In this document: positions 1 through 10,866 of the stretch, piece by piece
Layout of the letters: each line of letters opens with the position of its first letter
Numbering within the stretch: the stretch's first letter is position 1
Notes under the pieces: generated by a model
The model's input: only the letters and a program-made list of their open reading frames with translations
What the model was told of the DNA's origin: nothing
Databases searched by the model: none
Position numbers and translations under genes: made by a program
Source of the DNA: Camelus dromedarius
Lineage: Eukaryota
Direction: 5' to 3'
Assembly (NCBI RefSeq): GCF_036321535.1
Contig: NC_087437.1
Span: 120,590,001-120,654,000 of the forward strand
Length of the DNA: 64,000 nt

Positions 1-39
1 GTAGCAACCATCCTGGCTTCCAGGGGTCCATGAAAATTC

Positions 40-230
40 AATGAACCGTCAAGTTAAGAAGAATAAAGGGGATTTTCTTCAAGCCAAACTTTGGATTTTA
101 ACCCGGGACAGGTTCTCAGAAGCTCAGAGAGTCGCTCTGCTGCTTGGAGGTCAAAGGCACGGTCACACACATTTTCAAGACAAAGGATCGGACGTCAAGA
201 TGACATACTGGTGTTTTACATAAAGTTCCC
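40..230. mobile_element. ERV1-class LTR fragment (MER31/MER34-like)
   Basis: GCCAAACTT...ATTTTAACCCGGGA...GAGACAAAGGATCG-type motifs resemble remembered ERV1 LTR consensus. Confidence 0.4.
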
Positions 231-607
231 CAAGGGTCCAGGGTCCAGGGGAGCAGGCACAGGGCGAGCCCAGGTCACCAGGACCCCTGCAGAGCTGGGA
301 GAGAGTGATGCTGCTCTCCGGAGAAGGTCCCTTGCCAGCGTCAGAGGAGGGAAGACACACTGTTCTCCGCGGTCCAGCAGGCGCCCACCTTTGAGGAGGG
401 CTGGTTAATGTGTGGTGTGGGCGCACGCGGTGGGGGTGGGGGAGCAGACGCAGGAGAGCCACGCTTCGCGACTTTTCTCCTCCTGCCTCGAGGCGTGCGT
501 TTCATTTCATCGTTATCGCTGCCCGAGTGTTTAAACAGGGCCATACCCAGGTGTGTTTCCCTGAACCTTGTCGTTTACTCTTGTCTGTTATTTTTCAGGA
601 TGATTTT

Positions 608-1050
608 TATTGTGGTGAAACACACACACATTAACTTTACCATGAGTGACGTTTAGCACCTTCACCGTGTTGTGCAATCATCTCTGTGTAGTTCCAGAAC
701 ATTTCCACCACCCGAACGGAATTTGTACCCACGACCAGTCACTCCCCACCCCAGCCTCCTCCCCCGACACCCACTAATCTCTGTCTGCTGTTTTCTGGGT
801 ATTTCTTATCAATGGGCACGCACAGTGCGTGGCCTCTTGTGTCTGACGTCCTCCCCTCACTGAGCAGAATGTTCTCGAGGCTCGTGTGCGCCGCCCTGCG
901 GGTCTGCGCTCCTCTCTCTTCCTGCCTGAGTCTATTCTGCCGTGTGGATGGACCGCACTGTTTATCCATCATCTGCCGGTGGACATTTGAGTTGTTTCTA
1001 CCTTTTGCTGCAGTGAAAGGTGCTGCTGTGAACACAGGAGCACAAGTTTT
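608..1050 (-). mobile_element. Old L1 (L1MB/MC-type) 3' end
   Basis: TTGTGGTGAAACAC...GGACATTTGAGTTGTTTCTACCTTTTGCTG...GCTGCTGTGAACA are typical antisense L1 3' motifs. Confidence 0.75.
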
Positions 1051-1762
1051 TCCCCTCCAGCTTCACTGAGATACAACTGACACACAGTGTGTATGTATGT
1101 GTGCGTTTGAGGGGGACAGCCCCACGATCTCACCTGCATGCACCATGAAGTGATTGCCACAGTAGGTTCAGTGACCACCCGTCAGCTCCCATAGGGACAA
1201 AATTAGAGAAACGGGAAAATAATGTCCCCTTCTGGTGAGAACTCAGGGTTTTCTCTCGGCAGCTCTCATATGTAACACGCAGTGGTGTTAATTACACTTC
1301 TCACGTGGGACATTCCCCCCCGCACTTCCCTGCCTTATATCTGGACGTTTGTACCTTTTGGCCACCTTCATCTAATTCCCCCTCTGCCCACCCCTGCTCT
1401 GGTAACCACAAATCTGGTCTCTTTTTCTATGAATTTCTTTTTGAAGTATAATTGACCTGCAACACTGTGTTAATTCCTGTTACACAACACAGTCGTTCCA
1501 TATTTCTCTACATTTCAAAACACTCACCAGGATAAGTCTAGTTATGAGGTGTCACCACGCAAAGATGTCGCACAGTAATTGACTGTATTCCCCAGGCTGT
1601 ACATTTCATCCTCACAACTCATTTATTTTGCAACTGGAAGTTTGTCCCTCTTAATCTCCCTCACCTAGTTCTCTTCTCCTCTCTCCTTCCCCTCTGGCAA
1701 CCACCTGTTTGTTCTCTGCGGGTTTGTTTTCTGCGGGTTGTTTGTGGGTTCCGTCCGGCAGA

Positions 1763-2389
1763 AGTCCCACCGTGACGGAATGAATGACTCGAGACTCTGT
1801 GGAAAGTCAGGAGAGCGAGAGGGAGTTGGAGGCCAACCCCCCGAGCCTCTCAAACACTCTCATGTTTATTGTGCGCAAAGAAAAGACCACAAACAGTTGT
1901 GTCATGGAACACAGGAGCTTACGGAAAAGCAGGGGCGGGTAGAGATCGTAAATTCCACGAGTGCAAAGGCTTAATTCGCCCTCAGGGCAGTCACGGGGGC
2001 AGAGGAACAAGGTACATTCTTCAGATATAAGAAGCTGACTACAAAACAGACCACCAGCCCGCCAGCTCCTGTCCTGGGGGGTAGGCCATCTAAACAGCAG
2101 AAAGCACGCCCGGCGTTTCAGGCTGAGGGCACGGGCTGTCGCTTTGCAACGAGCAGAGTAAACCCTGGGCTGTGGACCTAAGCTTAAAACAAGCCACGTC
2201 CTGCGTTTGTAACAAGGGACACACAATGGCGCGTCCATTACGGAAGCAGCCCCAAGCTGGAACCTCAGCTGTGCAAGCAAGGCATCGTGTCTGCTTTTCA
2301 CAGCAAGGAGACAGGAGTGCGACGCACGGACGCCTGCCAGCAAAGCACGTTTGTTCTTCCTAAAGGTCGCAAGCGGCTGGGGTCCGTTA
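1763..2389 (-). mobile_element. Solo ERV LTR nested in the L1 3'UTR
   Basis: The minus strand begins TGTAACGG and ends TCCGTCA (TG...CA termini), ~627 bp, with AATAAA (rc at 1865-1870) in the expected position. No clear TSD. Confidence 0.7.
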
Positions 2390-3299
2390 CAGTGTATCAG
2401 CCCAGCCAGGGGCCCTCACCCCCGCTCGCCTGTTTTGCGTTTTAATTCCACGTGTAAGGGAAGTCATGCAGCCTTTGTCTCTCTGTGTCTGACTTACTTC
2501 CCTTAGCGTGACACCCTCCAGGTCCTCCGTGTGGTATCAACTGGCGAAACCCCATTCTTTTCATGGCTGAGGAGGATCCCACTGTGGACACAGAGGCAGC
2601 GTACAGACGGGCTTGTTTCTGGGACCATCCAGCCGCTGTGAGCGGGGCATTTCGCCCATGTGCACTTGAAGCGTCGTTGGCAGGTGCGAACTTACGGCCA
2701 CTCTGTTCGTTGTTTTCAGGTGTTTTTGGTCCTTCTTTTTCAGTCCTGTCTTCTTCCGTCCTCTTCCCTTGTGCTTTGATGACTGTGTCTAGTGTTACGT
2801 TTGGATTTCTTTCCCTTTTGTGTGTGTACCAACCGTGGATTTTTGGTTTGTGGTTGCTGTGATGTGTGTCTGTCTGTATACGCACGTATGCACGTGTGTA
2901 TACGTGATAATTTTAAGTCGCTTGTCTCTTAATTTCAAACGCATTTGGACGACCCTGCCTTTCACTCGCCTCCCGCCGCGTCCGCTGTGTTTGGGGTCCG
3001 GTTTTACGTCTGATCGTCGCGCGCCCCGTGCTGCCCAGCCTGCGGCTGATGGCCTTCCTCCTTTGTCCTTTAATTGTCCCACTCGCTTTGGGCGTGGTTC
3101 CTTCGCTGCCTTGGCTGTGCGTTCGCCTTCACGGTGAGCTTTCTCCTCTCATGATGTTCACGTTTCTAGTTGTGGCCTTTTCTTTCTCGCTCGGAGAAGT
3201 TCCTTTAACGTTTATTTTATTTATTCTTCCTTTAGCATTTCTCGTACAGCTGGCTCGGGGTGCTGAGCTCTTTTAGCTTCCGCTTGTCTGCGGAATTTT

Positions 3300-4100
3300 G
3301 ACTTCGGGGTCAGCTCGGAGGGAGAGCCTCGCTGGGCGAAGCACGCTCGGCCGCAGGGCTTTCCTTTCAGCAGCTTAACCGCGCCGGCCGCTGCCCTCTG
3401 GCCGCAGAGCTTCCGCTGAGAAGGCGGCGCGCGGCCGGCGTGCTTCCGCTGCTGCCGCGCCGAACGCGACGCCCTCCCGTGTCCCGGACTCCGCCGGCTT
3501 ACTCGCAGGGCCTCGCGCGCTGCTCTCCGGGCTGCTCCTGCGTCGGGCTCTGCGCCTCGTGGGCTGCGGCGACCGGCCGGCGCCGCCGGGGAGGCCGGTT
3601 TTCAGCGGCCAGCCTGAGAGCGCGCTCCCCGCCCGGCCCTCCGCCTGCCCTGCCGGGGGCGCCTGCACGGCGCGTGCCGGGGCGCGCCCGCCGAGGCCCC
3701 GCCGGGCCTGAAGCCCGCCTCGTTCCTTTCATCGCTCTTCGCTTCGCCTTCCGTCCAGGCGCAGAGCCTCCGCGCCGCCCAGCGCCCTGCTTCTCCTCCC
3801 GGCCTGCTTTTCATCTCGCTCGCGGTTTTCCTCGGCTCTTTGTTGTTGTTCTTCGTGTTTTCTAGCTCTTTGCTGAAAACGTCTGACTCCGGCTCTGCGC
3901 GCGCGCCGCTCTCCCGAGGCCTCTGCCCGGCCTCGCGGGTCACGGCCTGGCGCTCCTTGCAGGGAGGCTCCGGTCTCCGCCGCGCTCAGCCCTGGGCTTT
4001 TACCTGCCTCCTTCATTTGGACCGCGCTCCTCTGCTGCTCCATCGTGTCTCGTTTGCTGCTTTTATGTCCAGGTGCCCAGGAGCTTTGTTATTTTTCCTG
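3300..4100. other. CpG-island-like tract derived from L1 ORF1
   Basis: Hand counts: 49/60 G+C at 3601-3660 and 52/60 at 3661-3720, with dense CpG; overlaps the L1 ORF1 relic. Confidence 0.85.
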
Positions 4101-4204
4101 ATCCTGGACAAGGAGACTGTGGTGTCCTAAACCCTCCCTGGCGAGCGGCCCCCAGAACGCGGTCCCCTCGGCTCTCCAGAGCCACTCTCTGCCCCCATCA
4201 CCAC

Positions 4205-4345
4205 CCACGCTTTGTGGACTCACATACTAATTTATTAAAATATTGAAATAAAATATTGTTTATCTCACTGCTGAGTTTTTGGCACCCCCTTAAATTTTTC
4301 ACCCGAATGAGCAAGGCTCCCCCTGAGCCCCTCCCTTGGCCCCTG
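4205..4345. mobile_element. MER45-like hAT-Tip100 DNA transposon fragment
   Basis: TAATTTATTAAAATATTGAAATAAAA...CTGCTGAGTTTTTGGCACCCCCTTAAATTTT resembles the MER45B/C terminal region. Confidence 0.6.
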
Positions 4346-4869
4346 GGGGATGGGGGACCCCAGCCACACCCTGGGGCCTAGTGGGGTGGGAGCGTCGGGA
4401 GGAGGGGACCCTGCGGTGGGGCCTGGACGACCCGGGCGGGCGGGCAGCTGGCGAGGCCTGCGGTCCCTACCCTGTCCCTGTCCCTGTCCCCGCTGGAGGA
4501 GGCTGAGGCCGGTGACTCCGGTCCTCAGATGCCTGCCCAGCCCCAGTGCTGCGCTAACGGGTTTCATTTCCTAAGAAGTAAAAACAGAACAAAGCAAAAG
4601 CCAAACAAGGGCATGCTGGGGCAGCGAAGGAAGCGAGATGGAGCTGGTGAACGGCAGCCGCCTCCAGAGTGTGTTCACCTCCTTTCTTCTCCTCCTCGAG
4701 CTCCTCTTTGAGTAGAAAGGGCCTGGAAAGTGAGCTCGGACCCCGACTGTGAGCGTGTGAGTGTGCGTGCGGGTGTGTTAGAGTGGGGATGTGAGCGTGC
4801 AAAAAAGCCAATTCCAAACAGTTGATACAGACGCTTCCTTCTAGAAAGCATCCTTAAAATGGCACAACA

Positions 4870-5135
4870 GTGGGTACAGAGGGCAGATGGGTGGTTGGTG
4901 GGGACAGCAGTGAAGAGCTGAGGCTACAGAAGGAGAGCAGGAGGGACCTGGTGGGGACGTGGGGACCAGGGGACGGGATGGTCCGTAACAGCGTCAGTGC
5001 CAGCGTCCTGGTCTGATACTGCACTGCACTCTGCAACATGTTCCCATTCAAGGAGACTGAATAAAGAAACTCTCTGTTATTTCTTACAACAGCATGTAAA
5101 TCTACCATTACCTCAGAGTAAAAAGTTTAATAATA
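4870..5135 (+). mobile_element. L1MC-type 3' end
   Basis: TATTTCTTACAACAGCATGTAAATCTACCATTACCTCAGAGTAAAAAGTT matches the L1MC terminal motif, followed by an A-rich tail. Confidence 0.7.
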
Positions 5136-7409
5136 ATAAAGACAGACAGCAGGCAGTTAGGACCACAACAGATGCCACTGCCTCAGGGTACGTGAGACCC
5201 TTCCTGGAGTCCATGCCCACGGCTTCCACGGGGCAGGGTTTTGTCCTGCTCAGAAATTCGTAGACCAAAAAAAAAAAAAAAGAAAAGAGGGAAACAGTGC
5301 TCATTCTTCCACAAAAAAAAAAGGAGAAACTCACAGACCAGGGTCCCTGTCTGGGTTGCTTAAGATGTGCCCCCAGACATCTCTTGACCAGAGACTGGGG
5401 CGGGGGGCCCAGGGAAGAAGAGTTCTAGCTCTCACCAGTCGCCCGCCACCCCTTCTGACGTAGTTCAGCGTCGCCTTCTGTGTGGCAGAGCAACGCGATC
5501 AAAAGATCACAGCCATGACTCCTGCACATCTGAGGAGTCGGGCAGCTCCGGAGACAAAGCACTGGATCTTCTGTTTTTAATCTTGTCTCCCCTTCAGTTT
5601 GCTAGTGTTTCACGCTGATGTCACTTGGACTCTGAGCATGTTTGCAAGAGGAGTGAGCCTCTGATTCCCGGCTAAGAACGAGTCAGAAGCGGTACTGGAG
5701 GCGGAAGAGCATCCCGTGGCTGGCTTGGCCGTGGACAGCCCAGCTTGCCTTGGGCTCAGCCCGGGGGCTCCTCTCTGTGGGACCCTCGCCTGCATCCTCA
5801 CCTGCAGGAATGTGGCGTCCACCAAATGCAGACCATTGGGGGCGACCACGTGTCTCCTGGTTTGCGTCCAGGGACCCAGCGTCCTAAGCAGACGCGGAAG
5901 TGCAGATGGGGTTCCCGAGCGCGAAGCTCTGCAGTCTCACCAGATTCCGCTGACGTGAGAAGGATGGAGGCAGATGCTCACTGGGGACCACATGCAGCAG
6001 ATGCAGAGCACAGAGAATTCCAACCATGGTATTGGCAAACTAAAAAAAAAAAAATTACAAAGCAATTCCATCCTCTGATTTCTCCTGGTGGCTTATGGCT
6101 TCATCTGCTCATCTCTCCCCATTTATTTCCTTCTATTTATAAATTGCTGGCACCATGTAATTTTATCTGGTTGTAGTCACAGAGAAAAATTGGAAATTTG
6201 ATTTTAGAACTCTCAGAAGAACAAAAATTGCCGTCAGCTGGTCTGTCTGCTCCCTCTGCTTGAGGTTGAAGTCATGTGGGCAAGAACTTTCCCTGCACTC
6301 ACAGGGGCCTTCTATCCCATAAGAAGCTCTGCTGAACACAGAAAGGCTCCCACTGTTTTTCATCTCAGGGTTGTGTGTGTGTGTGTGCATGTGTTGAGAG
6401 GGAAGCAGTCGGAGATGGTGAAGAATATATGTTTTAGAATCAAAAGTCCAATGCTTGGCTCCAGAACTTACCTGCTATTTAAATTTTGGAGTCCCAGACA
6501 CTGGTTGGGAAGGCTACTTAATGTCACAAAATGGCCACTGGAGCTCCAACTGTCACAACCATATTCCAGGCACAAAGGAGAATGGAGGGGGAAAGGGAGA
6601 ATTTCTCAGCTGAGGCAGCCCTCTTTAAGGAGCTTTTATAGAAGTCTCAGCCCATCATTTATATCTCATTGGCAAACCCCAGTGCAAGGGGAGCTGAGAG
6701 ACATTTTCAGAGCTGTGCTCTTGGTGGCACCATAAATACTGGGATTAAAAGGGACGTGGGGAAAATGGATGTGGTACAGGCAGCAGTGGGGTTCCCTCAC
6801 TCGTGTGTTGAAGAAGACACCCCTGCTTGGTCTGTTTTTCTCAGTTCCTACTTGCTTTTTTCACGGCACTAACCACAGTCTGTAACTATGGGTTTTGTCT
6901 GCCCCCCATAAGAATGCAGCTCCCTGGGGATGGGTGCCGGGCTGATCTGTCCCCCAGTCCTGGCCCTGCCCAGATGGCCACGGTGGAGTGCAAGGTGAGT
7001 GTCTGCTGGAGGAGGGGTCTGAGCCCTGCTGGCACCCCGCCTCATTCAGACCTGCACCCCCCTCCCTTCCTCCCTGGTCCAGTTTTGTTTCCAGCTGGGA
7101 CCAGTCTCCGTGGCCTGGAAGTTGAGCGGAAGGAGAGCTGGGCTCACCGAAACCCACTGACCATCCTAAACTCATACTTTGCCAAAAATGTGTATTTAGC
7201 TCAAGTTACCATGGCTGTTTAGGGGGAGCGGGCTGGGATAAAGTGGGGGCCCATCACGCCTGAGTAGTTTAGGCCAAGATCCTCCCGGGGGTGTGGGGAG
7301 CACGGCCCCCAGCAGAGCTGTCTGGAGGTAAGCAGTCTGCACCTGCAGCTCTGATTTGTCTGTGATCATGAAACTGAATCTCACATTTCAAATAATATCA
7401 TGAGGTGTT

Positions 7410-7755
7410 TTAAAAAGAAGTTTTTATTATGAAATTAACCCATGTTTATTGAAAAAAAACTGCCCACTCCTCACCCCTCACATCTCTTCTCGATTTCTAA
7501 GAGGAACCACTGTTCATATAAAAATTTTATTACTTTATTACTTGATTGATTGATTGATGTATAGTTTTTTGGTTTGGTTTTTTTTTTTTATAAATGTGCT
7601 TTTAGTTTTTAAAACAACTTTATTGTGGTATAATTTCTGTACAGTAAACTCCATGTACTTCAGATGCACAACCTGATGGATTTTGACAGATGTCCACACC
7701 TGTGAAACCACCACCACCATCGGGATCGCGAACGTTTCCATCGCTCCCCCAGCGC
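7410..7755 (-). mobile_element. Old L1 (L1MD/ME) 3' end fragments
   Basis: ACTTTATTGTGGTATAATTT...GATGGATTTTGACAGATG...AACCACCACCACC motif. Confidence 0.65.
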
Positions 7756-8250
7756 TGCAGATTTCAACTCCCAATTTATCCCTTCCTGCTCTCTCCTCCC
7801 TGGTCACCGTAAGTCTGTTTTCTACATCTGCAAGTCTGTTTCTGTTTTGTAAATAAGTTCATTTGTGTCTTTTTTTTAGATTGCACATAAAAGCGACATC
7901 ATACGGTATTTTTCTTTCTCTGTCTGACTTACTTCACATAGAATGACGATCTCCAGGTCCATCCGTGTTGCTGCAAATGGCACTATTTCATTATTTTTTA
8001 TGGCTGAGTAGTGTTCCAGCGTACATGTCTGTATCACATCTTCTTTATCCAGTACTGACGTGCGGTTGATTTACAATGCTGAGTTAGTTTCTGGTGTACA
8101 GCACACTGATTCAGTCATGCACACACATACATACATTCGTTTTCATATTCTTTTCCATTACAGGCCATTACAAGGTTTTGAATACGGTTCCCTGTGCTGC
8201 ACTGTAGGTCCTTGCTGTCTGTCTATTTTGTACATGGTGGTTTACATCCA
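7755..8250 (-). mobile_element. Cetartiodactyl L1 3' end, in two pieces with swapped order
   Basis: 7755-8053 (AACTCCCAATTTATCCC...TTCTTTATCC) precedes 8060-8250 (GTTGATTTACAATG...TTTACATCC), the reverse of the remembered consensus order. Confidence 0.75.
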
Positions 8251-10489
8251 CTGTTTTTTTTCAGTAGACATTTTCATTTTGTTTTGATCGCCTATTTGTC
8301 TAGTGTTGTCTGAGCGTGGCCCCAGTGCAGGGGATGCCGGGATCGGATGCCCCATCCCCAGGCACCGCAGGTGGGGGGCTCAGGGTTCCCACACCCCTGG
8401 ACGCGTGGAGAATGGGGAGGCTACCGGGACCACCCGGCAGGGCAGGGGGCGGGAGGGAGTTTTCTCGAGGAGGGAGCGACGCCTGCAGGCTGGCAGGGGG
8501 GAGCGAACAAACGAACTGATTGAAGTGTGTGTCAGAGGGAGAGGGTGTTCTGCATCTGGGAGCTGCTGGGGGGAGAGGGTGAGGTGTGGGGTGTGTGCTG
8601 GCACGGCCACAGGATGGGGACACAGCGGGCAAGCGTGGCCGTTTTAAGTAGCACCCAGGCCAGAGAGTCCGGCCAGCTGAGAGCAGAGTGACACAGGACT
8701 GTCCCAGTTTCCCAACACAGGCTCAGGTGACAGCAGGGGCCCCGGGGCAGGGGGGGGGGACGCTGTTCCTGCCTGGCGCTGAGTCGCTGTGGCCCCACGC
8801 TTCTGCCGTGAGATAACCCCTAGCCCTCACTGCGAGTGCGACAGGACCACAGCGCAGTGGGAAATGCAGAAGGCAGCTTCCACCGTGAGAACATGGGCTT
8901 CTAGAGCCCACACGGACACGCCCAGTGGAGCCAGGGGAGCCGGAGTCCGTCCTCCCCGAGGCCCCAGGCCCACTGGCTCCAGCCTGGGGTCTGCAGGAGG
9001 CGGTTCCCACACAGCCATCCCGTCCACCGAAAGCTGCTGCCCTTGGGCTTAACTGAGAATGTCTCTGGAAGCAATTTCCCCCCCACTTTTAGGCTCTGGC
9101 AGGAGTGCCTCCCGTGCCCTCTGTCCCTGGCTGATCTATTTTTAGGTTGTTTTGGGCGGAATCAGCTCTTTTGCTCCAAGCACGGGGTCTGGAAAGCGGG
9201 CACCGGGAAGCGACCTGCTCTCCAACTCTGAGGAGTCCCAGCAGGCAGGGCCCAACGGGGGCGCCAGGGCCTCGCCCTCGGCCTGGGGCAGCAGGTTCTG
9301 CTGGCCCTGCCTGGGCCTCGGCCACAGAGGATCTGTTGTTTGCCTTCCAGAATCCTCCAGAGTTCCTAATTCTGCTCCCTTTCATGCAAACGAGGAAAGT
9401 GGCCCAGAGGGAGGCCCCTACCGGTCTAAGGCCCCTGAGGTGCCCTGCAGGCTGGGTCTGCCGCCCATGGTGGGGAGGAAGGGGCGTATCCTCGGCTCTG
9501 AGGCCTCCTGTGTGTCTGTCCCTGGAGGCCCTCACCCCACTTCATCTTGAACAATATGCCAGATCTGCAAAGAGGGCCTTAGACCCCCGCGGAGACCCGC
9601 ATGGAGAATGCATCCTAGTCAGAGCCCCGCAGACACTTAGCAACGGCCCACCCTCCCCGTCCTCGTGTCCCTAGGGCTCCTCTCAGGGCCCCCCCCCGCA
9701 TGTTCCCTGTGAGCACCACACCCACGCCCCCCACCCCTGGCCGTCCCTGGGCCCCCCAGGACGGAGGGAAGGCTCAGCCCCCTCCCTGGTCCCTCTTGAG
9801 CTGGGCCCTGAGTGTTTCTCCTCTCCATCCGGGGGAAACTCTGTCCAGGGACACCAGCGCCCAAAATCCTCTTTAGAAACCGCTCTCCAAAGGAACCCAA
9901 AATATCTGTTCCTAGAAGCACTGGCCTTCAGAGCTGCAGATGACTCACGTCCCAGCCAGCATCTCCTTCCCGGTGCCCACACCTCCGGGCCTATTTCTGG
10001 CCAGCTTGCTTGCATTCAGTGTTCAGAAACCTGGTCAGCCAGGCCCCCTTCATAACAGGACAGACCCATCGGTCAGTCTGTCCCAAGTTCAAGGTGGGCC
10101 CTTTGCAACCACATCCCTGAAGGCCGATGTGCTTCCAAGTGATAAAAGACAAATTCCTTTTTGTCCAGCATCCTTTGTCTTAACATTTTATGTGTGTTTA
10201 GTTGTGTTTTGGAGATTTTTTTTTTTTTTTTTGAAATAGACGACTGGAGTACGGAGGAGGTAGTCAGAGCAGCCTGTCCGTGTGCAGGGCCTTCAGGGCC
10301 GGGCGCGTTCCAGGTTCTGCGTCTCCCCAGGCCCGCAGGTGTTGTCCTTATTCCTAGCTCAGAGATGAGGAAACTGAGGGTCCGAGTGGTCACCTGGCTC
10401 TAGGGTCACCGCCCCTCCAGTCATCTACCCCAGTGTTCTCACCAGTGCAGTGAAGCATTACTCAGATAATAGTGCTTGTCTCCTGGGAC

Positions 10490-10513
10490 TGTTGTTGTTG
10501 TTGTTGTTGTTGT
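10490..10513 (+). repeat. (TGT)8 microsatellite
   Basis: Read directly. Confidence 0.95.
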
Positions 10514-10544
10514 CCAATTTTCTTTTTTATTTAAATTTTGTGGG

Positions 10545-10710
10545 TTTTTTTCGAAGTGCAGTGGATTCACCACGTTGTGTTAGTTGCAGGTGTACAGCAG
10601 AGTGATTCAGTCACACATATGCATATATTTCTTTTCATATTCTCTTCCATTATATGTTATTATAAGAAATTGAATATAGTTGCTTGTGCTCTACAGTAGA
10701 AACTTGTTGT
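10545..10710 (-). mobile_element. Cetartiodactyl L1 extreme 3' end
   Basis: GTTGTGTTAGTTGCAGGTGTACAGCAGAGTGATTCAGT...TTGAATATAGTT motif. Confidence 0.8.
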
Positions 10711-10719
10711 GTGGGATTT

Positions 10720-10866
10720 TTAAAAATTAATTGATTTAATTTTTGGTAGGGGGAGGTGATTAGGTTTATTTCTTATTTACTTATTCTTGGAGGAAGCAGT
10801 GGGGATTGAACCCAGAACCTCGTGCATGTTAAGCGTGCGCCCTGCCACTTGAGCTACACCCTCCCT
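10720..10866 (-). mobile_element. Vic-1-type camelid tRNA-derived SINE
   Basis: The reverse complement reads AGGGAGGGTGTAGCTCAAGTGG...GGGTTCAATCCCCA (A/B boxes), then an AAACCTAATCACCTCCCC tail. Confidence 0.85.

Larger units (their letters stand above)
1068..4130 (-). mobile_element. Degenerate laurasiatherian L1: ORF1 relic (~3200-4050), start of ORF2 fused to the ORF2 3' end (~2600), and 3'UTR (1068-1760, 2400-2590); interrupted by an LTR
   Basis: Minus-strand translations FSKELENTKNNNKEPRKTASEMKS, AENRPP...HEAQSP and AAFSAEALR align to L1 ORF1p (FNKELENIKKNQSELKNTITEMKN, AENFPN...QEAQRVP, SADFSAETLQ). GWSQKQARLYAA aligns to the endonuclease start (EWIQKQDPYICC). Multiple frameshifts. Confidence 0.85.

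Noticed and set aside
3300-4100. ADAR A-to-I hyper-editing as the cause of the GC-rich L1
   Set aside because: T>C and A>C changes are evident as well as A>G on the L1 sense strand, which editing alone does not produce.
5598-6054. Possible processed pseudogene ending in an A13 run (6042-6054)
   Set aside because: No recognisable parent protein in any frame, no AATAAA before the A-run, and no TSD found.
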